NCBI RefSeq assembly: GCF_012641365.1
Contig: NZ_JABAIM010000004.1
Span: 263,663-287,662 of the forward strand
Origin: Leeia aquatica
Lineage (GTDB): Bacteria; Pseudomonadota; Gammaproteobacteria; Burkholderiales; Leeiaceae
Direction of reading: 5' to 3'
Length of the DNA stretch: 24,000 nucleotides
The notes beneath the pieces are model-generated. The model made no database searches. It worked only from the letters and a program-made list of their open reading frames with translations, and was not told where the DNA came from. Within the stretch, counting starts at the first letter, position 1. The number at the start of each line of letters is the position of its first letter. This document shows, in pieces, positions 1-8,724 of the stretch. The translations under genes were made by a program, and so were the position numbers.

Positions 1-150
1 TTGGCTTTAATCGTGGAACCTGAATAGGTTATCATACTCTATTAGGCAGACAGAATTTGCCACCGGGGTCGGCAAGGCCCGAAACCGGTGCAGCTTGCAG
101 CTTGACGGGTACTGCATGGGTTGGATGTTCCATGCAGAATTCAAATTTAA

Positions 151-1230
<1,080 letters not shown>

Positions 1231-1253
1231 GCTGTTTTCACCTCCTCGATCGG

Positions 1254-1283
1254 GGCGGGCCATCAGGCCCGCCTGTTGTTTTT
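1254..1283 (+). terminator. Intrinsic hairpin (probable partial terminator/attenuator) between mreB and mreC
   Basis: GGCGGGCC (1254-1261) pairs perfectly with GGCCCGCC (1266-1273) around a 4-nt loop ATCA. It is followed by TGTTGTTTTT. It sits 24 nt after the mreB stop and 14 nt before the mreC GTG start. Confidence 0.6.
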
Positions 1284-1296
1284 GTGAGTCAAGGCC

Positions 1297-2211
1297 GTGG
1301 ACAAGGAAACACAACCCGCCTTTTTCGGACGCCGACAGAGTCCGCTGAGCAAGCTGATCTGGTTCGGCGGGCTGGCCATTGCGCTGGCGATTACCGACAG
1401 TTACTGGAACTACCTGAAAGGCGTGCGCCAGAACGTCTCGGTGGCGCTGTACCCGCTGCAGAAAATGGCCACGCTGCCAGGGCAGTGGTGGGAATCGGTG
1501 TCGACCCTGGCGACCGCACACACGGCCTTGCAGCAGGAAAACCAGATGCTGCGCATGCGTGAACTGCAGGTGACGGATCAGCTGCAGCGCGAGCAAGCCT
1601 TGCAGCAAGAAAACCAGGAGCTGCGCCGCCTGATGGGCTTGTCCAGCCAGCCCTATCGACAAGGGCAGGTTGCGGAAATGCTGTACGCCGGGCGTGACCC
1701 CTTTACCCGCAAGATCATCATTGGCAAAGGGCTGGACGCCGATGTGGCGCAAGGGGTGCCGGTGCTCGATGGCGAGGGCCTGGTCGGGCAGGTGACACTG
1801 GTACACAAGTTGGTGTCGGAAGTCACTTTGGTCACGGACAAGAATTTTCTGGTACCGGTCGAAGTGCAGCGGACCCGGCAGCGGACCTTGCTGTACGGTC
1901 TGGGGGGGGCCGGTACCATGGAGGTTCGCTTCATGGCCGTGAATGGTGATGTGCAGCAAGGTGACCTGCTGGTGACCTCCGGGCTGGATGGCATTTACCC
2001 GCCGGGGATTGCCGTAGCGCGGGTCAGCCGGGTGGAGCGCAACAGCACACTGCCGTTTGCCAAGGTGCTGGCCACGCCGGTCGCCGGGGTGGAGCAAAGC
2101 CGCTTCCTGCTGGTGCTGTCGCCCAAACCGGCTTTGCCCGCTTATCCGCTGCCGCCGGAGCCGGAGAAGACGGAAGGTAAAAAAGGCAAGGGCAAAGGGG
2201 GCAAGTCATGA
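1297..2211 (+). CDS. mreC: Rod shape-determining protein MreC
   Basis: 304-aa ORF with an N-terminal TM segment (LIWFGGLAIALAITD), a coiled-coil QQENQ repeat region and a beta-rich C-terminal domain (GQVTLVHKLVSEVTLVTD, GDLLVTSGLDGIYPPGI) typical of MreC. It lies between mreB and mreD. GTG at 1297 is the first possible start after an in-frame stop, and its SD is weak, so the exact start is uncertain. Confidence 0.88.
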   Translation: MDKETQPAFFGRRQSPLSKLIWFGGLAIALAITDSYWNYLKGVRQNVSVALYPLQKMATLPGQWWESVSTLATAHTALQQENQMLRMRELQVTDQLQREQALQQENQELRRLMGLSSQPYRQGQVAEMLYAGRDPFTRKIIIGKGLDADVAQGVPVLDGEGLVGQVTLVHKLVSEVTLVTDKNFLVPVEVQRTRQRTLLYGLGGAGTMEVRFMAVNGDVQQGDLLVTSGLDGIYPPGIAVARVSRVERNSTLPFAKVLATPVAGVEQSRFLLVLSPKPALPAYPLPPEPEKTEGKKGKGKGGKS

Positions 2212-2717
2212 GTCCGCGTCCGCAAACCCTGTTGCTGCCGGTACGGCCTTGGTTCGTCTGGTTTTCCCTGCTGTGCGCGCTGTTCCTGAACCTGTTGCCA
2301 TGGCGTAACCATGGCCTGATGCTGCAGCCGGATTTCGTGATTCTGCTGTTGCTGTACTGGAATCTGTACGAACCGGAGCGGGTGTCGCTGGGGTGGGGGC
2401 TGATTTTTGGCTTGCTGATGGATGTGGCCGATGCCGCTCTGGCTGGCCAGCATGCGCTGGCCTACGTAGTGACCCTCTATCTTGCCCTGCAACTCTCCCG
2501 CCGCATGCGCATGTTTGGCCAGTGGTGGCAGGCCATGCACCTGATGCCGCTGTTGCTGCTGGGGGCCGCCATCATGGTGTTGGTGCGGTTTCTGGCGGAG
2601 CGTCGCCTGCCGGGGTGGAGCTACTTTTACGGACCAATGGTCGGCGCCTTGTGCTGGCCTGTGCTGACCCATGTCTTGCAGTGGCCGCAGCGGCGGGCGC
2701 GGGAGTCTGAGCTGTAA
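2208..2717 (+). CDS. mreD: Rod shape-determining protein MreD
   Basis: 169-aa polytopic hydrophobic ORF. ATGA start/stop overlap with mreC and TAATG overlap with the PBP2 gene. The call rests on position and hydrophobic profile more than on motifs. Confidence 0.85.
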   Translation: MSPRPQTLLLPVRPWFVWFSLLCALFLNLLPWRNHGLMLQPDFVILLLLYWNLYEPERVSLGWGLIFGLLMDVADAALAGQHALAYVVTLYLALQLSRRMRMFGQWWQAMHLMPLLLLGAAIMVLVRFLAERRLPGWSYFYGPMVGALCWPVLTHVLQWPQRRARESEL

Positions 2718-4684
2718 TGGGGAAGAAATCGGCCCAGCGCCACGAAGGGCATGACGCCGTCCAGTTTCAGATCCGGGTGTTGCTGCTAGGCGTACTGGTA
2801 CTGGTGTGCTTTGGCCTGCTGATCTGGCGGTTTTCTGTGCTGCAAATCAGCCGGCACGCGTTCTACAGCACCCAGGCGGACAGTAACCGCATCGGCATTG
2901 CGCCGGTGATGCCCAGCCGTGGCCTGATTGTGGATCGCAATGGCGTGGTGCTGGCGCATAACTACACGGCGTTTACGCTGGAATTGCGTCCAGACCGGGT
3001 CGGTGACGTCGATCAGACCATTGCCGAGCTGGGCAAGCTGGTGGACATCGGCCCCAAGGACATCAAGCGCTTCAAGCAGCTGCTGTCCGAGAGCAAATCG
3101 TTTGAAACCCTGCCGCTGAAACTGCGCCTGACCGATGATGAAATCGCCAAAGTGGCGGCGCAGGTTTACCGGCTGCCTGGCGTGGAAATCAAGGCGCGCT
3201 CCTTCCGTGAGTATCCCTACAAGGCGCTGACAGCGCATGTGATTGGCTATATTGGCCGCCTCAGCGAGAAGGATCAGCAGGTGCTGGAGGAGACCGGCAA
3301 GCTGGTCAATTACCGGGGCACCACCCATATTGGCAAGCTGGGGCTGGAGCAAAAGTATGAGGACGACTTGCATGGTGTGACCGGCTATGAAGAGGTGGAA
3401 ACCGATGCCGCTGGCCGAGCCATCCGTGTGTTGCGCCGTACGCCACCGATTGCGGGCAATAACATCCAGTTGTCGCTGGACATCAAGCTGCAGCAATACG
3501 CGGACGAGCTGTTTGGCGATCGTCGTGGTGCCTTGGTGGCGATTGAGCCCGCCACCGGCGGAGTGCTGGCCTTTGTCAGCAAGCCGGGCTTCGATCCCAA
3601 CCCCTTTGTGGATGGTATCGATGCACAAAGCTGGAAAGAGCTGAACGAATCCATTTATCGGCCGTTGAACAACCGGGCGTTGCGCGGCATGTATCCGCCG
3701 GGCTCTACCTTCAAGCCCTTCATGGCCATGGCCGCGCTGGAAATGGGCTACCGCAGGCCAGGAGATGCCATTGCCGACCCGGGCTTCTTCTCCCTGCCGG
3801 GCAGCAGCCATCGTTTCCGCGATGACAAGGCGGGCGGGCATGGCTATGTGGACATGTACAAGTCGATTGCGGCCTCGTGTGATACCTATTACTACCGCTT
3901 GGCCTACGACATGGGGATTGAAGCGATTGATCGTTTCATGCCCAAGTTCGGCTTTGGCCAGAAAACCGGCATTGATCTGCCCGGTGAAGTGGAAGGCATT
4001 CTGCCGTCCCCCGCCTGGAAGCAAAAACGCTTTTCAGGTGCACGCTTCCGTGATGAGCACCGCAAGTGGTATGTCGGTGATGTGGTCAGTATTGGCATCG
4101 GCCAGGGCTATAACTCATACACGCCTTTGCAGCTGGCGTACGCCACCTCGGTGCTGGCCAATGACGGGGTAGCCTTCAAGCCGCATATTGCCTGGCATGT
4201 GACAGATGTTCGCACCGGCAAGGTGTCCACGGTGGAGCCGACGCCGATTGCCCGGCATGACTTCAAGCCGGAAAACCTGGCGGTGGTGAAGCAGGGCATG
4301 CGCGGGGTACTGATGCCGGGGGGCACCGCATTTGGCATCAGCGGCGGGCTGGAGTATGCCATGGCGGGCAAGACCGGTACCGCACAGGTGATTACCATCA
4401 AGCAGGGTGAGAAGTACAACGCTTCTCGCATTCATGAGCTGCACCGTGACCACTCCTGGTTCATTGCATTTGCCCCGGCGGATCAGCCGAAGATTGCCAT
4501 GGCGGTGCTGGTGGAAAACGGCGGCTTTGGTGCTGCCGCCGCCGCCCCGATTGCCCGCAAGCTGACCGACTTTTACTTGCTGGGAAAACGTGCCGAGGTG
4601 GCCCCGCCAGCGGCAGCCAGCAAGTCGGGCAGCAAACCCGCCACCCCGGAACAACCCGCCAGTCAGGAGGGTGACCATGATTAG
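2717..4684 (+). CDS. mrdA: Penicillin-binding protein 2 (elongasome transpeptidase)
   Basis: 655-aa ORF with an N-terminal TM anchor and a PBP dimerisation region. Transpeptidase motifs are STFKP (SxxK), SIGIGQGY and KTGTAQ (KTG). It has a low-complexity Pro/Ala/Ser tail. Confidence 0.95.
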   Translation: MGKKSAQRHEGHDAVQFQIRVLLLGVLVLVCFGLLIWRFSVLQISRHAFYSTQADSNRIGIAPVMPSRGLIVDRNGVVLAHNYTAFTLELRPDRVGDVDQTIAELGKLVDIGPKDIKRFKQLLSESKSFETLPLKLRLTDDEIAKVAAQVYRLPGVEIKARSFREYPYKALTAHVIGYIGRLSEKDQQVLEETGKLVNYRGTTHIGKLGLEQKYEDDLHGVTGYEEVETDAAGRAIRVLRRTPPIAGNNIQLSLDIKLQQYADELFGDRRGALVAIEPATGGVLAFVSKPGFDPNPFVDGIDAQSWKELNESIYRPLNNRALRGMYPPGSTFKPFMAMAALEMGYRRPGDAIADPGFFSLPGSSHRFRDDKAGGHGYVDMYKSIAASCDTYYYRLAYDMGIEAIDRFMPKFGFGQKTGIDLPGEVEGILPSPAWKQKRFSGARFRDEHRKWYVGDVVSIGIGQGYNSYTPLQLAYATSVLANDGVAFKPHIAWHVTDVRTGKVSTVEPTPIARHDFKPENLAVVKQGMRGVLMPGGTAFGISGGLEYAMAGKTGTAQVITIKQGEKYNASRIHELHRDHSWFIAFAPADQPKIAMAVLVENGGFGAAAAAPIARKLTDFYLLGKRAEVAPPAAASKSGSKPATPEQPASQEGDHD

Positions 4685-5792
4685 CCGCTTGTGGCACGCG
4701 TTCTGGCGGCCGCTGGATATCTGGTTGTTGCTGGTGGTGTTGGCGCTGTTGACCGTGGGGCAGATTACCCTGTATTCGGCGGGTGACCGCAGCATGATCA
4801 AGGTTGAGGCGCAGCTGTTCAACTTTGCCGTGGCGGCGGTGGCCATGTGGCTGGTAGCCAGTCAACCGCTCCCGCGGTTGATGAGCTTGGCTCCGCCCTT
4901 GTATGCGCTGGGGATGATTCTGTTGCTGGGTGTGTTTTTCTTCGGCGAAACCAGTAAAGGGGCCACCCGCTGGCTTAACCTGCATTTCATCCGCATTCAG
5001 CCATCCGAGATGATGAAGATCGCCTTGCCGATGATGCTGGCCTGGTATATGCACCGGCATGAGGCCGCATTGCGGGTGAAGGATTTTGTGGTGGCCGGGG
5101 TGTTGTTGGCCTTGCCGGTGGCATTGGTGCTGAAGCAACCAGACTTGGGTACCGCTATTCTGATCAGTGGCTCGGGTTGTTTTGTACTGTTCCTGGCCGG
5201 TTTGTCCTGGCGGTTGATCATTCCGGTGGTGCTACTGCTGGCAGGGGGTATCTGGTATGTGATGGATGCACCCCGCTGCGAACAGGTGTTTCACAAGTAT
5301 CAGTGCACTCGTGTCCAGATTCTGATTGATCCGCTGTCAGACCCTTTGGGCAAGGGTTATCACACCTTGCAAGGTACCATTGCCATCGGCTCAGGTGGCG
5401 TGACCGGCAAGGGGTGGTTGCAGGGCACCCAGACTCATCTGGATTACATCCCCGAACGCACCACCGACTTCATTTTTGCGGTGTATGCCGAAGAGTTCGG
5501 TCTGGTGGGCGGCTGCGTGCTGCTGGTGCTGTATACCCTGTTGCTGCTACGGGGCCTTGCCATCACCTTGCATGCGACTACCCTGTTTGGCCGCCTGTTG
5601 GGTGGGGCGGTCACCATGACCCTGTTTACCTATGCCTTCGTCAATATGGGCATGGTTTCCGGTATCCTGCCGGTGGTGGGGGTGCCGTTGCCCCTGATGA
5701 GTTATGGCGGAACCTCGCTGGTGACCCTGCTGACCGGCATGGGTTTACTGATGAGCATTCACCGCCACAAGTCCCTGATCAAGTTTTCCTGA
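4677..5792 (+). CDS. rodA: SEDS-family peptidoglycan glycosyltransferase RodA
   Basis: The track ORF starts at 4590, but the ATG at 4677 has an AGGAGG SD 7 nt upstream and overlaps the mrdA stop. The product starts MISRLWHAF and contains the SEDS motifs DPLGKGYHTLQ, PERTTDFIFAV and GILPVVGVPLPLMSYGGTS. Confidence 0.93.
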   Translation: MISRLWHAFWRPLDIWLLLVVLALLTVGQITLYSAGDRSMIKVEAQLFNFAVAAVAMWLVASQPLPRLMSLAPPLYALGMILLLGVFFFGETSKGATRWLNLHFIRIQPSEMMKIALPMMLAWYMHRHEAALRVKDFVVAGVLLALPVALVLKQPDLGTAILISGSGCFVLFLAGLSWRLIIPVVLLLAGGIWYVMDAPRCEQVFHKYQCTRVQILIDPLSDPLGKGYHTLQGTIAIGSGGVTGKGWLQGTQTHLDYIPERTTDFIFAVYAEEFGLVGGCVLLVLYTLLLLRGLAITLHATTLFGRLLGGAVTMTLFTYAFVNMGMVSGILPVVGVPLPLMSYGGTSLVTLLTGMGLLMSIHRHKSLIKFS

Positions 5793-5816
5793 TCCGGAAC
5801 CGTGCTGGAGAGCACC

Positions 5817-6809
5817 ATGTTGTTACGTTTTGTCTTGCTGCTGTTGACCGCCTTGCTGGCTGCTTGCGGCAGTACCTCTTCCCCGCAGCAAAGCAGTCAG
5901 GCCCCGGCCCCGGTAGCCCATCGTGGCGAGCCACCTGCACCAGCCAGCCCTGCGGGTAAACCCGCGCCTGTCTATCAGCCCGGCAAGCAGGCCAGTCGCG
6001 ACCCTAACCTGCCGCCGCCAGCCAAAGACGGCGGCTATTATCTGGACGATGGCCCGGCAGAGCAGATTCCGGATAACCTGGCCGCCACGCCGGATGCGGT
6101 GCCACAGAATGAGCCACTGCATAAATTTGCCAACCGGCCCTACAATGTACTGGGTCGAACCTGGGTACCGGATACCCAGGGCAAGGCCTATGTCGAGGAA
6201 GGCCGCGCCTCCTGGTATGGTCGAAAATTCCATGGCAAGCGCACCAGCAGTGGCGAAACCTACGACATGTTCCAGATGAGTGGCGCACATCGTACCTTGC
6301 CCATCCCCAGCTATGCCCGGGTGACCAATCTGGAAAACGGTCGCTCGGTGATTGTCCGCATCAATGATCGCGGCCCGTTTCATATTGAACGGCTGGTCGA
6401 CCTCTCCTATGCGGCGGCGTTCAAGCTCGGCTATGTCAGCAAGGGTAGTGCCCGCGTCAAAGTAGAGCGGGTGTTTCCGGGTGAGGAAAAGTCTGCCCCA
6501 CCCACGGTGCTGGCGCAACAGCCGGTTACACCCATCGCGGAGACCCCGCAGACACCGGCCAGTACGGCGCAGCCAGAGCCGGCCGGCTTCTATCTGCAAC
6601 TGGGCTCATTCAGCCTGAAAGCCAATGCAGAAGTGCTGCGCGACAAGATGGCAGGGGTCTTGGCCGAGCACGGCAAGCCGGTGCAGGTGGTACAGCGCAA
6701 CGGCCTGTACCGGGTGTGGGTGGGCAGTTACGATAGCGATGCCAGCGCGCGCGAGGCGATCCCAGTGGTGCAGCAGCTGGCGGGGATGACGCCGCTACCG
6801 GTGCACTGA
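5817..6809 (+). CDS. rlpA: Septal ring lytic transglycosylase RlpA-family lipoprotein (DPBB + SPOR domains)
   Basis: ATG at 5817 is preceded by GGAGAG. Signal peptide with a lipobox (LLAAC|GS). DPBB core ASWYGRKFHGKRTSSGETYD...ARVTNLENGRSVIVRINDRGPF. The C-terminal segment FYLQLGSFSLKANAE...YRVWVGSY is SPOR-like. It follows rodA as in other proteobacteria. Confidence 0.9.
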   Translation: MLLRFVLLLLTALLAACGSTSSPQQSSQAPAPVAHRGEPPAPASPAGKPAPVYQPGKQASRDPNLPPPAKDGGYYLDDGPAEQIPDNLAATPDAVPQNEPLHKFANRPYNVLGRTWVPDTQGKAYVEEGRASWYGRKFHGKRTSSGETYDMFQMSGAHRTLPIPSYARVTNLENGRSVIVRINDRGPFHIERLVDLSYAAAFKLGYVSKGSARVKVERVFPGEEKSAPPTVLAQQPVTPIAETPQTPASTAQPEPAGFYLQLGSFSLKANAEVLRDKMAGVLAEHGKPVQVVQRNGLYRVWVGSYDSDASAREAIPVVQQLAGMTPLPVH

Positions 6810-7841
6810 CCGGGGTTTGACCTGCTTGAGCGCATCAGGAGACATGCCATCACGCCATTGATGGACAGCCAGCTGCTCCAGCGCCTTATCGTCACTGTGG
6901 TGCAGGCCATTCAATTCCGGCAGGCGCAGGTCCAGGCTGTGACATAAAGGATAGTCACGGGTGCGCAGCCAGGGGGCGATGCTGACAAAACCCGCCAGTG
7001 TCGGTACCCCAAATCCCGCTGCGGCATGTACCGCTGCGGTATCCGTCGAGACCAGCAAGGATGCGCCGCGTACCCAGGACAGGAAGTGGAACGTATCCGG
7101 CGACAGTGCGGCCACGTTGTAATAGTGCGGATGGTGCAAGGGCTCGAAGCCCAGCACAGGCAGCTGGTAGTGTTGCCACAGTTGTTCGACCAGCGTGTGC
7201 TGTACCGCCTGCGGAATGCTGCGCAGCGGCACGCTGGCACGCGGGCAGAACAGCAGGTACGCACTGTGCCGCCAGGGTTTGGCGGGCAGGGGCAAGTCGA
7301 ACGACTGCAGCCAGTCATTGGCTTTACTCGCCGCAGGCACCCTCGCAGGATCGATGCCCAGACCCGACAGGAAAAAATCGATCATCGGGGTATCATCAAA
7401 CTGTGGCCAATAGACAATATCTGCGAGGTCTACGAGCGCCGCATCGGCATCCAGCTTGGGCAAGGGTTGTGGCAGGTAATGCACCTGCTGCAGCAGCGGG
7501 CTGGCCAGCTGGTACAGGGCTTCGACGTAACGCGGTGCATGCCGGGCCCGGTACAGGTGAATATGCAGGTCGGGGTGGTGGGCCTTCAGCCAGGCCAGTG
7601 CACTGATGCCAATAATGGAATCACCCAGCGCCACCCCCATGCCGTTGAGGACATGCAAGGTACGCAAGCGGCCGTGATCCAGCCGGAAAGGCTGACGCCC
7701 TGCGTGTTGCGTGGCCTGATATTCGTGCAAGGGCCGCAGGTTTGCCGTGGCCTCGCGTTCCACATCATAGGGAAGCCAGACCTGCTGCCGGGCATCAATC
7801 AGGCTGTAACCATGTAATGCTGCTGCACTCGGGCTTGCCAT
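6795..7841 (-). CDS. Glycosyltransferase family 9 (heptosyltransferase-like) protein with a roughly 60-aa N-terminal extension
   Basis: 348-aa ORF with ATG at 7841 and a GGGAGG SD. LHVLNGMGVALGDSIIGISALAWLKAHHPDLHIHLY resembles the first Rossmann strand/helix of GT9 enzymes. LLVSTDTAAVHAAAGFGVPT resembles the GT9 sugar-nucleotide motif (DSGxxHLAAAxGxP). The family call is from motif memory, not a search. Confidence 0.65.
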   Translation of the reverse strand: MASPSAAALHGYSLIDARQQVWLPYDVEREATANLRPLHEYQATQHAGRQPFRLDHGRLRTLHVLNGMGVALGDSIIGISALAWLKAHHPDLHIHLYRARHAPRYVEALYQLASPLLQQVHYLPQPLPKLDADAALVDLADIVYWPQFDDTPMIDFFLSGLGIDPARVPAASKANDWLQSFDLPLPAKPWRHSAYLLFCPRASVPLRSIPQAVQHTLVEQLWQHYQLPVLGFEPLHHPHYYNVAALSPDTFHFLSWVRGASLLVSTDTAAVHAAAGFGVPTLAGFVSIAPWLRTRDYPLCHSLDLRLPELNGLHHSDDKALEQLAVHQWRDGMSPDALKQVKPRSVHR

Positions 7842-7866
7842 CCAGCCTCCCGGTGTTCAGACACGA

Positions 7867-8724
7867 TCAGGTCAGCAGCAGTCCCAGACCGCTGCCACAG
7901 GCCCCGGCCAGCAGCAGCCATAACCAGCGCTGCGCGTAAGGGGCAGGCTTCCATGGTAGCAAATGTACTCCAGCGGCCATAGCGGCCCATGCTCCTAAAG
8001 TCAGCCAGCGTGGCCCGACCAAAGTACAGGTCAGCAGTACCAAAGGTGTCAGGCAGGCCAGCACTTCCACCAGCCACTGGCGCCAGGGCCATTCGGGCAG
8101 GGGCTGCCAGATGGCAAAGCGTGGCATCGACTCGATGTCACGCCAGCTACCCGGAGCGGTGGCCAGTTGTGCCAACAGTACAGACGCGCTGGGCGCGGGT
8201 AGCATGCCTTGCAGCCAGTGTGCGAGCGATGGGCTTTGTTCCAATACCTGCGGCTCCAGCTCAGCGAGCTGGGCCAGCTGGCGTTCACAATGCGTTTGCC
8301 AGCGATGATGCAGCTGCCGGGCTTGCCTTACGCCGTAGTACAAACCGATTGGCAGGCAAAAGGCCGCCATGATCTCCGCCCGCAGTACCGCGGGGTGAGG
8401 TGTGACCAGCAGAATGCCGAGCAGCAGGCTGGCAACCAGCAGGACGTGCTCGAACGCAAGCAATATGCGCACGGGCTCCAGGGGGCGCGGTGCGTACAGG
8501 GCCGCATAAGCAGGTAGCAGGCGCTTAAGAAAACGGTACAGGCTGCTGTTGCCCAACCGGTCTGCCCGCCACAAACGCAGGCGATCCTGCCACGGCGGCC
8601 GGTAATCTGCCGAGCGCGAAAGCGCCTGCGCTGCATCCAGTAGCAACCACTGCCGCGGGGTGCCGCTGGCACGGTCGGCCAGTTGCAACAGCCACCAGCG
8701 CTGACGGGCGGCGTCAGTCGTCAC
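7867..8724 (-). CDS. Hypothetical Trp/Leu/Arg-rich polytopic membrane protein
   Basis: 285-aa ORF that fills the whole gap between ntrC and the GT9 gene. Its GTG start at 8724 overlaps the ntrC stop by 11 nt. About five hydrophobic helices (for example ILLAFEHVLLVASLLLGILLV and WLVEVLACLTPLVLLTCTLVG). Third-position G/C is high, consistent with coding. No motif I recognise. Confidence 0.55.
   Translation of the reverse strand: MTTDAARQRWWLLQLADRASGTPRQWLLLDAAQALSRSADYRPPWQDRLRLWRADRLGNSSLYRFLKRLLPAYAALYAPRPLEPVRILLAFEHVLLVASLLLGILLVTPHPAVLRAEIMAAFCLPIGLYYGVRQARQLHHRWQTHCERQLAQLAELEPQVLEQSPSLAHWLQGMLPAPSASVLLAQLATAPGSWRDIESMPRFAIWQPLPEWPWRQWLVEVLACLTPLVLLTCTLVGPRWLTLGAWAAMAAGVHLLPWKPAPYAQRWLWLLLAGACGSGLGLLLT

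Noticed and set aside
1-35. A possible divergent minus-strand start (ATGATAACCTATTCAGG...) running off the left edge of the window.
   Set aside because: Only about 11 codons are visible, with no SD and no recognisable motif. It cannot be supported.
4590-4676. N-terminal extensions in the ORF track for rodA (4590), rlpA (5802), ntrB (11322), the DUF4124 gene (11836), the HAD gene (12743) and kdpC (16697).
   Set aside because: In each case a downstream ATG has a good Shine-Dalgarno sequence and yields an N-terminus matching the family (signal peptide, HAD motif I, TM anchor). The extensions overlap the upstream gene or the regulatory DNA.
4560-4684. Low-complexity Pro/Ala/Ser/Lys tails of PBP2 (4560-4684), MreC (about 2110-2208) and the RlpA linker (about 5870-6030), considered as possible nucleotide repeats.
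   Set aside because: These are compositional linker or tail segments of otherwise canonical proteins. I found no exact tandem nucleotide repeat unit.
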